NCBI GenBank assembly: GCA_964247055.1
Contig: OZ176050.1
Span: forward strand, 3,596,001 to 3,660,000
Origin: Paragordius varius
Taxonomy: Eukaryota > Animalia > Nematomorpha
Length of the DNA: 64,000 nt
Direction of reading: 5' to 3'
Shown piece after piece: positions 52,101 through 64,000 of this stretch. The notes beneath the pieces are model-generated. The model saw nothing but the letters and a program-made list of their open reading frames with translations, was not told the origin of the DNA and did no database searches. Both the position numbers and the translations under genes were made by a program. The first letter of the stretch is position 1, and every line of letters starts with the position of its first letter.

Positions 52101-54271
52101 AAATAATTTAAATAAAAAATATTTAAATAAAATTTAGTTTCAAAAAAAGTTCCATATTAAATTTTTTAGACGCGATTTTTACAACATTTTTGCAAAATAT
52201 CATTTATATTTGATTCTAAAGGTAAAATCAAGGTGTATCATGAAAAGGGTTTAGCACCACGCCGCCACTATCCACAAAAAACGTCCCTTGCTGCCCTTCC
52301 ATACACCAGTCAATGGTGGTTCAGTGACAGCCGTCTAGTTGCGTCGGGGTTCGGGTTGACTTCCAGGGATATAATGATAAGTTTATATAAAGACATAGTG
52401 AAATAAAATGAGGATATATTGGACATTTACAGACAAAATATATTTTATAGACTATATCATAAATTTTATAATAATGTTTAATAGATCTAATATTCTAGTT
52501 TAGTTTAACTGAATGATTATACTTTTATCGTTAATCCGATTTTATAAACCAATAAATCTTAAATTATCCTATGTGCTAGTACAGGACTTTTTTAACTTTT
52601 GTAGTTCCCGACCCCATTTATGATTGCGAGTTTATTAACGACCCCCAAAAATATAAAAGAAATAATAATTTCTTCGAAATAACACTAGAAATTTTGTTAA
52701 TTATATTTATCAGATTTTTTCGGTTTTGAGAAATTGACAAAAATAAATCTACATTTTTTATAAATTTCTATAACATTTTCTGATTCAAAGTAAATTTATA
52801 CAAGATAGTAGCTGGCCCTGTCAGCTTCGGTGTGGCGTAGCCTCACCTATAATTATTCTTAATAATTTGCAATAAATAGAGTTAATGAAGATTAAAAAAT
52901 AATAATAAATATATTTAATAAAAAGAATGTCTTTAATTATTCTTTTACGGGTTTATGCCTATGAATTGTTTACTCAAAATTGACGATATTTAATTCGTAC
53001 CTTATTAAAGTTAATATTCAACTATCATTGAATATATTTTAAGATTTTTGTTTTACAAAATCATCGTTAAAAGTTCTAATTTAAAATTGTGTTCATACAA
53101 ATGGGATCAAGAAATATAAAAAGTAAATCATTTGTGGTTCCTTTTTAAAGGAAAGAATGATATTATATTAATTCCCCAGAAATGTGTTTAACTGAACTCG
53201 TATGTCATTTTTTTTAAAAAAAATTAGCTCCAAAACTACGCCTATTTTGTATGTAAAGCTATTTTTAATTTAAAACACATAATTATTTATATAAACAGGA
53301 AAGGTGGTTTATTTAGCATTGTTCTCAATTTAACTAATGCACACATGTCATTTGACTAAATTTTTACAATGAGGTTTATCCATAAAAAGTAGTATCAATT
53401 TTTTAATATTTGGTGCATCAATTGATAGTGCAAACTCAATTGTTTCAATTTTTCCCATATTTTTAGAAATTTTCGTTTTTAAACAGGCCTGGGCTCTCCA
53501 AAGACCTCCATTTGAATCCACTGAATAAATATGTTGTAACCTAGTGTTAAGTGAAAAATTGTGGCTAAAATTTGAAATTATATTTTATAATTTTACATTT
53601 TAAAAATATTTGGCGAATGCATAAAAGGCTAAAGAAAGATTTTTAAATTGGCCCAAATATAAACACTTTTGTCTAATTCATTTAATTCACTTGGGGTATA
53701 TTACGCCAAAGGTAATAAAGTGTTGAAAGCTATTATAATAAGTTAATTAAATAGCCGTTAAAAATACGTAATTGTTTTCGCGCAGCCTTGGCATTTTACG
53801 TTTATATTAAACTTGATTATATTAGAAAAAACCAAAAAAATTTGGACTTGCATTTATAAATATGTTTTAAAAAATGCAGTGTCACTTTTAAGATATAGTT
53901 TATTATTTATTTTGATGATGTTTTTTAAAATGTAGCATTTTATACCGAACAAAGTATATTTAGCATAATGAGCATTAATTCCCGATAAAGAGCGATTACC
54001 ACAAAAGTGTAATTAATTATTTTATATCTATGAAAATCCGAATACATATTCCATAAAGAAATCCATGTTCACTGTGTTATCAAAATCAAGTTCTATTATG
54101 CTGTATTTTTTGATTTTTTAATTACATTTATTCAAATAAATTGTATACAATGTTTATATAAAACTTATAATTTATCACCTATCAGTTATTTTATATATGA
54201 CAATCTTATGTAATACCTTTATAAATTATTCAGGACCAGAGGTTTATCCTAATCTTATAGCATGCCTTTTT

Positions 54272-57238
54272 ATGAATGACCCATATTCAAAACCCAAAAT
54301 TGATAGATACACATTTACAGTATTAAAAGATCATTTAAATGGAACGCTGAGAGATAAATCAATATACCAGGACAATTTAAATATTAAACATAATGGTAAA
54401 AAGTGTTTGCAACATGATAATCATCCAAATACAAAGCTCAAACCGGAATTAAAACGTTATATTCCACCAGCTAGAAGATCGCCTAAAATACCAACGGTTG
54501 ACCAAAGTGTAAATAATATAAATGATGATTTTTTTACCAATAAAGTTGTTCCTCATACTCTTCTTGTAAAAGATAATATACGCAAAAGAGATAGATTGAT
54601 ATCTATATCTTCTCAAAATTCGGATGAACAACCACATCCATTTGAAAGTAAACCCCCAATAAACAATTTAAAAAGACTATCTCACGGTAAATTGTTTTTT
54701 ATATAAAATAGGTCCTTTGAAAAATTACAATGGCACCAACGGCGATTTTTTGTTTCCAGATATTTCCAAACATGACCAATTAGTTACGGATAAACATTAT
54801 AAAAACAATAACTTTTCTAAAATCACAAACGACATTCCTATTTGGACGAATGTACAAGACGACCCAGCCAAAAGTATGCTTGATAAATATCCAAATAATT
54901 TAATTATGTAAGCACCATTAACCCCAATTTATCATAATTAATATATCCGGTTTGGGTGCTTTTTTCGATTTGTCATTAATTGATAACATGGTAGTAATTG
55001 ATATTTATTAAAATAATATTGTTGATTAAAGCAGTGTCGAGTTTTTGTTTTTGCTTTTTTAGAGGTTTGTTTTAATAAGTGCATTTATTGGTTACCAGGT
55101 GTCCATTACACGCTGAAAAATGTAAGATTTCATTTTAATACCAATAACCATGATATTTTAGTTTATTTACATCATTGTATTATCTTTGCACCATTTAAAA
55201 TTAACCTGATTTTTCAATCACATCATTTTCGCATACTTTTATTATTTTTTTAAGTTTACAAATTGGGAAATAACTATTTTTTACATTTTCTTTTCACCAT
55301 AAAACTTGTATGTTATATATTGTTAAGATTTTCTTCATACAAGAAGATTTAATTTGTATTTAAAGAGTAATAACCTACCTAAGGGCTAAAATAGGGCATT
55401 TTTGTTTCTATATTTTTGAACTTTTAGTTTCTTATAAACTAATTTTCTAATTTGGGTCCATATTAATTTAAGGCCTATTTTTTGGTAGATTTTGATACAT
55501 CAGATCAAGATGATTGTTTTTAGCAATCAATTACAATAAGTAACTTGACAACATTATTGATGGGTCACATGTTTGGTTTTTGATATTATAACTATCACAT
55601 CAAAATAGCGCATTTGAAACAATTGATATTAATAGATAATATATATTTATAATTTCGAAAATATTTTTTACCTTTCAATGTACCATTCAAACAAATATTT
55701 TAAGTGGTTAAATTTAATTTTAATAATTTTTTGGCTGATTATATTGTAACTATAAATTTGTATAGGAAATGAGCGTGTTATCGAAATCTCAAATTTTCCA
55801 ACCAATTTCAAGACTCTTGATCTCAAAGATTTATTAGCATCCAAGTATGTTTTTATGATATTATATACACCAAATTTAAATTAAATTTTATTAAACAAAA
55901 ATATTTTTTTGCCCTTATAGTGATAATGATTTGGAAATTGTGTGGGTTAATGAGAATCACGCGCTTGCCGTTTTTTCTGACATCAAATATGGTAAAAATG
56001 TTAAATAATTTTAATTTTTTAGTCAAATATTACAATAATCTGTGATATTATTTATTACGTAAAACATAGTAAAAGATGCATTGGAAATACAACATCCCCT
56101 TATTAAATGCAAACCTCTCGAAAAAGCAACTGTCTTCTCTAAAGCCAAAGCCAAAAAATCTTTAGGTATAAAAGAAAATTATATATTTAATGTTTTAAAA
56201 ATTGAATATTTGAAATGATATATATTATCCATTAATTTTATTTTTTTAGGTGTTTTATAAATAATAAACTGTAATTAACACAATAAAATTAATTTAGTTT
56301 GCGATTTTCCCTTTCAATTTTGAAAAAGTTGATGTAACTATTTAATTTCAGAAGAATTAAATTAATTTGCAATAGACGATTAAATATATTATTTTAAGAC
56401 TTTCTCCATTTCAAATCTTTTCCAATTACTGTTCGCCTTTGTATACAAGATTTGATTAGCATTTTTACCCAATTGTCATAAATAATATTGGATATTATTA
56501 TCGGCTATTATTGATTTATTGTAGAGTTAATATTATATCCATATGTATCTATTTATATTTAATTTGGTAATCACTAACCATTTAGTATATAGACGTAAAG
56601 CAAAAGATTAAAATTTCTAACTGCAGCGTAATTTATTAAAATTATTTATTAAAAATAAATCTAAATGACACAATTATAAAATCAATTATAAACATCATTT
56701 CAAATATTTTAATCTTAGATTCCATTTTTGCAAACATGCTTAGCCTTAAACCCCGACCTCAAACCACGATTGTGATTGCCAGAAGATTGGTTGAAAACCA
56801 TTTAGGGATGAAAGCGCGCTTAAAGGACTCAATTCGCCAAAAACAATTAAGAGATCTCAATGATACTATATCTGCAGGTAGTATATACATTTTACCAAAA
56901 TGGAAAAAATAAAATTCAAAAACTTGTATTTTTATAATATAAATGAATGTTTGAGTATATTAAGTTCCAGACTTGAAAAATATTTACTCATATAACAAAA
57001 AAGTTAAAAATGAATCATCATATTTGCCTAATTTTATCCATGAAATAAATTTTTTAATCAGGAGCTATTTTCTTGCTTAAACTATTAAAAAAATTTTAAT
57101 TTGGTGAAAAAAAGTATCAATTAACTGCGATTGATCAATATAATTAATACAAATGTATATTTTACAATAGAACGCAAAAAGAAAAATGAAATTGCACAAA
57201 AACCTGATATATGGGATGAAGCCTATAAAGGAGATTAA
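54272..57238 (+). CDS. R3HCC1L: R3HCC1/R3HCC1L-like (GIDRP88 family) RRM-fold protein. Inferred exons: 54272-54686, 54712 (or 54760)-54873, 55766-55844, 55921-55991, 56070-56165, 56719-56877, 57171-57238
   Basis: The spliced product contains ERVIEISNFPTNFKTLDL, LEIVWVNENHALAVFS, KDALEIQHPLIKCKPLEKATVFSKAKAK, PRPQTTIVIARRLVENHLG and DIWDE, matching the R3HCC1L C-terminal region. The N-terminus has a KRYIPPARR motif. The start codon is uncertain. Confidence 0.8.
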
Positions 57239-57928
57239 TTTTTATGCAGATATATATATATATATATAATTAATTTTGCCTAAAAAAAATCACAATGCAA
57301 ATATTATATATTATATATGTATATTCCTAAATGTGTAGCCATTATAATGTTAAAAATATTAGATATGTATATTATCGCTAAAATATAAAATTCATTTGGT
57401 TTAATATAATTACAAAATTCTGTTGAAATTTAATGTTTTAGTATTTGTAGTAGTTAATATCATTATTTTTATCACATGTGTGTCCTTATATTTAAATGAA
57501 AAATTCATACATTTTTATCGATATATATATTTATATTTTTAGTTGTGATTCCTATTTATGAAGATTAACAGTATACTCATTTCTATAATACGTAACTGTA
57601 GCAACATATTAGACTATTATAACCATACACTCACTACATTGTTTTAGCGGATATAATAAATTTTTATCTGTAAAAAATATAATTGATTTTTACAAAGTTT
57701 TTAATCTTAATTCGTTGCACAAAGTCCTAATTATTTTTGGTTCGTAACACTTATAAATTAAACGTTTCTCCATTTTATATCATGTTTCTAAAAAATCAGA
57801 TATATAAGGTAGATAAAATAATTTACTATACAAATAAATGGAATAATAATTTTTTAAAATAAATTATAAATTTGCTATATCAATTTTGATTGTGACCATT
57901 TAAAGAGTAATCGAAGTTGGATTCCACA

Positions 57929-59373
57929 TTAAAGTTCCATAATTCGTGTTTTACTTTTGAGTTTAGCCTTATGCATATCATATTTTTTGTCTGTCAAAGT
58001 GACGGATTTTTTAGTTTCCTTTTGAACATCTAGTTGTAAATCTAAACAAAATTATATTTATGATTAGAGTTAAACAGTTAATTATTTTTAAAGTATTTTT
58101 TATAATTTTCTCAACCGTATACCTGTTTGACTAGTATTATTGGATGGAATGGTATTTTGTATATTTTTGTTTGTTGAGGTCAAATTTGATACACTATTAT
58201 CCCAATCAGTGTTTGCCTACATCGATTTCAAACAATTTTATACAAAAGTTCACGATAAACGTACAAGATTTTTGATAATACATTAACAATTCAGCACCAA
58301 GATATTAGATTAAAGCTTTAACTAATGAAAATAAAATACTTTCTATGTTTACAAACCAACAGTATATAATTGCAAAATCATTCTGCTGAACAAAGAAAGT
58401 AACAATTTTAAGGAATTTCTAATTTTGTAATTAAAAAGTTTACAAAAAATAAGGTACCGTAGCTGTTTTTAAGGATGATGAACATATTGTAAGATCATCC
58501 GCGGCCTGTTTTTTATTATGTTGCTGATTTATTGATTCATGATGTGGAGTCGAATGAGATCTACTAGTCCGGAGGTCAGGACTTGTTTTAACGCCAACAA
58601 ATAGAGGGTAGTTTTGAGTTCTTTTATAAAAAATAAATAAAATGATTTATAAAATATTTGCGCTAAAAATGGTATCTTTATACGATTTAAAATATTTATT
58701 TTGGATTCATCTCTCTCCTGTATGCTAAAAAACGCTAAGAAAATCATAACACCCATATTTTTGCATGACGACATCTTGCTTTTATATTTAGCAATTATAT
58801 CGATATGATAAATTTAAAAATGTTATAAAATAATGGGCCACCATCCTTTTTTCAACCAAACTTAAAACTTTTCCATTCAAACTCAACCATTTTTAATTTT
58901 ATAAAATTTTTTGATAAAATATTTTTCCGGCAGTGTTTAATAAACATTTTAAATCACTATATCTTGAATTTTTTATCAATATTAAATTTATTTAATTGCT
59001 AATTGTTGAGTTTTGGTTCAAAAAATGGTTGGTTTTAATAAAAAATTATACCCCTAAAACAATTTATTTTCATAAAATATTTGACAAATTTTGAAAAATA
59101 AGGGACACTAAAATAATCAAATAGATTAGAACTATATATGCCATCGGTACTCACCAAAGAATTTTAAAGGACCGCAAAAATTATTTTGTACTAAGAAAAA
59201 ATTTCATAGCTGTTTGACAAATTAACAGATATAAAAAAAGTCAAGAAAATATTCAGAGCCATATAAAAGCACTTTTAGAACCTCCGGTCAGAATTCACGT
59301 GATTACCACTGTATCTGCTACTAAACTTTTAAAAAGCGTTTGGAAAAGGTTCAGTTTGATTGAAAAATGGGTG

Positions 59374-59404
<31 letters not shown>

Positions 59405-62400
59405 ATATATCACACATGACATAATAATATTTTATTTTAATTAAAATAAAAATTACAATGATGCTATATCAATCTCCCGATCTACCAATATGTTAAAACG
59501 ACATTTAACGTTCATCATTTCACAAACGGCTTTAAAGCATTCATAAACCAAAGATAATTTTTGTGTAATCATTGTTGGAGCACCATTACATACTTTTTGT
59601 GGAGCTGGATTGGGATCCTAAGTAAAAATAAAAATAATTAATGAATATCAAATTTTAAGATCTTATACATTAAGCCAAATAATATCAAATTTTCTGCAAA
59701 TACTTTACCATTTAAAATTTAAATCCCCCCTAAAAATAATTTGTGTTTTAGGGCTAATATAAATTTTATTTTTTAAATATAAAAAATATAGGTAATTTTT
59801 AATCTTAAGAAGGACCTAATTTATTTTTAGGGTAAATTTGATTTTTTCGAGGGTGAATTTAAATTGTTCAAGGGTGAATTTGAATTGTATAATTAATGTA
59901 AATGGTTATACATGAACTTATTTATTGTAATAATTTAAATGGTTTCGCTTTAATTCAACAAATTCAAAATAAATAATTAAAGTTATTTAAATAAAAAAGT
60001 TGTAAATAATTAAAGTTATTAAATAAAAAACTTTATGATGATGATGGCCTCCAAACAATACCAAACTTTGATTACTACTGATGTTACTGGTAAAATTTTT
60101 GATTGTGTAAACAATGACTAAACAGCTATCTTTAGGAGGTTTATTCTGAGCTTCAATAAAACAAAATACGTTTTTAATATCATTATATAAAACGTAAATG
60201 TTAAATTTTGAAATCATAAATTCCATATAGAAGTTTATTTCAATAACATATATCTTTAACAATATATTTAAAAAAAATTAAAATTTAAAGCGCCAATTAA
60301 GTAAAAAAATATGTTAATTATGGAATGAAATATACCATAAGTAATGAACAACAAAGATTCCAAAGAAACTTTAACCCTGTAAAGTATTTGCAAGGAAAAT
60401 GCTTCAGTTCTAAAGAAACGCGGAAGCCTAATGAAACATATATTCGGAAATATATTATGCATTGTAACAAGAATTTTGAATTAAAATTAGATAAAAATTA
60501 AGTACCCGATAATGTAAAATACGCTCTGTGTTAGGAAAAGAGCTATTTTATGCATATCAAAATTGGCTTTTAAATCAGTTTGTTTTGTAAGTGCTTTTAA
60601 TAACCATGAACCGTATATGATTGTATCGGACGGAATAACACATTTTTGACATTCGTATAATAAATCTTCTTCACTAAACAAAAAGAGTAAAAAATATGCC
60701 ATTTTCAATTTTATTTCAAAACCTTGACAAGGTAAAAGAAAGATATAAGAAAAAAATTAAATAAAATAAATCCGGAATCGTAACCATTCCGAATTCAATA
60801 AAAATAAATTCGATGTTTTTGGTTAATAACCTAATTATCTCCCATGAATTAAGTAGCTAAAAATATAAAATATTTCAAAAAAATTAAACAAATAGGATAA
60901 AAATTCAAAAAAATATTTTTTCCGGCTATTGGTTTTAAAAACGGTTAAAAAACCGTTAACCATTTTGCTATTATGGTTACGCGGTTTCAAATCTAATAAT
61001 TTTTTCGTTTTAGATTTAGAAAAAATTTGTAAAAAAAATAAATCTGCACTTTGTTAACGATTTATAAATTTATGGTTTAGACGGTTTCAATAAACAGTTT
61101 AATTCTCGGTAAACATCTCATTTTTTCGAAATTCAATCTTCACTTTAATGCCGACAGATTCTGATTACGCTTTACAAATTTAATGACTTCTATCCAATCA
61201 CTAAAAATACTCTAAATTTCCATAAATTATTATCTCTATTTTATTATTCATTTGTAGATTATTGAAGTGGTTAAAAAAAACTGTTGCGGTTCTAATCCCT
61301 GGACTTAATTTTGATTTTTAATTTTTAAAATTAAGGACTATACTTTGGTGATGTGGAAAGGTTGTTATATGCTTTCGGAACTTTTTCTGATGCCAAATTT
61401 GGATCTCCTTCTTCCATTTCAGTTTCATGTTCAAAATAATCATCAATTTCTTCGGGGTCACTAATGTCTATTTTAAAAAATTCAATATAGAGAAACTAAC
61501 ATAAAAGTTTCGGATTTTATTAATTATGTAACAATTATATAAAATTTTACTAAACCAATGAGTTCAATAGGGATATAATTAATGGTAGGAATATTAAAAA
61601 ATGTTAGTTACCTATAAGATTATTAGGTGGTTTAGGCAAATTTATAATGTTCTTTATCAAAGGGATAGGTGCATTGCTGGGTTGAGTTTGATTTTTTAGC
61701 AAGAGTTTTTTAAGGACTGGTATTTGATCAATGCGCAAACGTGTCGCTAAAGTTTCATCTTTCATAAACATAGTATATATATATATATATATATATATCT
61801 ATTAAAGTAAAAATTTAAATTATACGGACAAAACGAAAAAATAAAAAGACAAATATTTTTTTCTGAAAGACAATTATACTTTTTAGATATTGATTTATTT
61901 AAATAAATCTCATTGTTTGAAATCGCAAAGTAGGAAATTGATATGTAGATTGGTAAAAAAATCAATTATATATTTTACAATTGTAATTAAATAAGTTATG
62001 TGAGAATTGATATAAAAAAATATTGGTCTTTATATTTTTATTTGTCCGTATAATTTCAGTTTTTACTGTATCTAGTGGAAGCCCTCGTAATGAGTTTTTT
62101 AAACAACGCCTATAATCTAATTAGTCCTGCTGATTATCCTAACCTTTTTCGATTTTTATAAAGGTTCATAATTTTTAGGTTATAATTGTTTAAAGTTTAT
62201 ATATTCACAAACTTACAAGTTTAGGGTGTTTTGTCCTAATTAATGAATAAAATTAAAAAGATTTATTATTATAACCAAAAATATTTAATAAAATAAATTT
62301 TTAAAGAATTATAATAGATATGTATATATTTCTCATAATCGAAGTGACTATTGGAATTCAATTAAACACAAAATAAAACATTATTATCTGTAAGATAAAT

Positions 62401-63220
62401 TTAACAAAAATAAATTATTATAGAAATACTATCGGTGTTGGACAATAGAGGTGCATAATTTTGCAAAGTTTGATATGCTAATTGTCGATATGCATCACGG
62501 AATTGATTCATATAGTAACGCGTAGCTGAGTTATAACCATCTTTGAACAAGGAGGTTAATTTTTTCTGCCCAGTTCGGGTAAAATCTCCCTAAAAACCCA
62601 ATAAATTATTATTAATAAAAATTTGTAAGTGATAAACAAATTATTTATAATATATTATTACATTGGAATTTCCAAAAAATTGTAGTAAAGTAAAATTGTT
62701 TGAAATTTCTAAAGTGTTGACAACATAATCTTATTGGTAAAAAAATATAAAAATTGTAATTTAAAAAATTTAAAAAGCCTATAGTTCGTCATAGTTACGA
62801 TAAAAACAGATTTATCAATATTAACCAAACATAAATTCGCCATTCATAAGTAAAGTTTCAATTTAGATAAATTTTAACCTTTAAATATAATTAATACCTA
62901 TAATTATTAAACTAGATATTGTATATAAAAGGCTCCCATAACTACATCAGATTATATAAATTCTGCAATAATCGAATAAATTCACAATTACTATACGTAA
63001 TCTTAAACAAACGTGCGAACCATTAAAATATATTTAAAAAAGAGTTTTATTAAAAATGGATATTTTATCACTACATTATAACAAAACATACTTTTAAAGC
63101 TGCCGTTCCAGCATATTGTAGGCTTAAGGCATCCCCATTATTTGCCCAAGCCGATTGGAACAAGCGTGTAAGGGTTGGAGGCATTTTTGCCTCAGGAGAT
63201 AATAGGCCAATTTTACGCAA
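57929..63220 (-). CDS. INPP5F: SAC2/INPP5F phosphoinositide phosphatase, 3' part (5' exons lie beyond the window)
   Basis: Exon 63220-63092 encodes LFQSAWANNGDALSLQYAGTAALK. The exon from 62589 encodes GDFTRTGQKKLTSLFKDGYNSATRYYMNQFRDAYRQ (end of the SAC domain). An hSac2-like exon encodes ECQKCVIPSDTIIYGSWLL...IALFLTQ. The terminal KSKTRIMEL* matches the INPP5F C-terminus. Confidence 0.9.
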
Positions 63221-63228
63221 CTAATATA

Positions 63229-63231
<3 letters not shown>

Positions 63232-63261
<30 letters not shown>
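63232..63261. repeat. (TA)n microsatellite; similar tracts at ~59377-59408 and ~61775-61798
   Basis: TA dinucleotide runs read directly, all within INPP5F introns. Confidence 0.85.
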
Positions 63262-63267
<6 letters not shown>

Positions 63268-63489
63268 GAATAGAAAAAAATAATACAATATTAATTGTAT
63301 TATCACTAAACTAAAGCTAAATAAACCGATTTAATTTCCATAAACCTAATATAAATATAAAAAAATTTAAGTGCATGCATTAATCTGTATTTTAAATTAT
63401 GATCAACTGTAATTTATTTTACTTTGGCGTACTTTAAGATTCTGGAATCCATTATTTACTCTATTATCTATGTTAAATAAAAAACGCCG

Positions 63490-63840
63490 CAACTATATAT
63501 TTATAAAAATGAAAAATGCTGGCTTTGTGATCTGGTAACGGAAAACCGACCCATTCAAATCCAAACTCAAAAAAACATAATCATTGATGAATGCTCCGAC
63601 AATAGCTTCGCCCTTTTTTGAAATAGGCCCCCAGTTCGGGCCCACCCCGTGTGAAAAACGGGTTTGAAAACAGAAGTCCTCAAAAATCGTGTCTTTGAGA
63701 CAATTTTCTGGAGAACGTGTTAGATCATTCAATTTCAAATATGATTTTTGTTTATTTATTTTCGATTGTCGTCTCGCTTTTTTGATTTAGGCCCTCTTTT
63801 TACCCGGTCCCCCCGTAAAAAGCCATTTATTTCAAAAAAC
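63490..63840 (-). repeat. Reverse-oriented ~150-bp satellite family cluster, probably in an INPP5F intron
   Basis: cgcccttttttgaaataggcccc and cgcttttttgatttaggccctc...cccccgtaaaa are reverse complements of the monomer motifs. Confidence 0.6.
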
Positions 63841-64000
63841 AAAGTCCACAAAAATAATTTTTTAAATCTATTTTTCCCCAAGTAAACAATACATTAGTAT
63901 GAATGCACCGTTTAAAATTCCTATGAAATCATATTTAAATAATGTTTCAAAATAATTCACATATGTAGATCATTTTATTGTCCCTTATATCAAATAGCCC

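Noticed and set aside
52250-52370. GC-rich island as an HDV-like ribozyme or LINE 5' end
   Set aside because: The P1/P2/P3/L3 topology could not be built, and there is no adjacent endonuclease or RT sequence.
60740-61120. Ac-like subterminal aaccg/cggtt motif cluster in an INPP5F intron
   Set aside because: No TIR or TSD could be defined, so it is too degraded to call.

Overview
This is an AT-rich eukaryotic window, most likely from a compact, fast-evolving animal genome; the taxon cannot be fixed from the sequence alone. I found five protein-coding genes. (1) SMN, 6 exons, + strand. (2) A 1523-aa intronless four-domain Nav-family (Nav2-like) channel starting 180 bp after the SMN stop, with an apparent D-Q-Q-T filter ring and partly neutralised S4 helices. 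(3) A multi-exon Kalirin/Trio-type RhoGEF on the - strand (DH-PH-Ig-FN3-kinase, Duet-like) whose kinase looks catalytically dead. (4) R3HCC1L-like, + strand. (5) The 3' part of INPP5F/SAC2, - strand. There is one tRNA-Asp(GTC). The rest is transposon-rich. Two complete Blackjack-like hAT elements (TIRs plus 8-bp TSDs) share an unusual internal inverted duplication of the transposase, giving a potential kb-scale hairpin. There are also hAT MITEs, two decayed mariner transposases, foldback elements and a dispersed ~150-bp satellite family. The most notable items are the divergent intronless channel, the hairpin hAT family, the pseudokinase, two candidate 25-nt introns and a possible SMN-channel operon. 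All domain calls come from recognising motifs by eye; no database searches were run.
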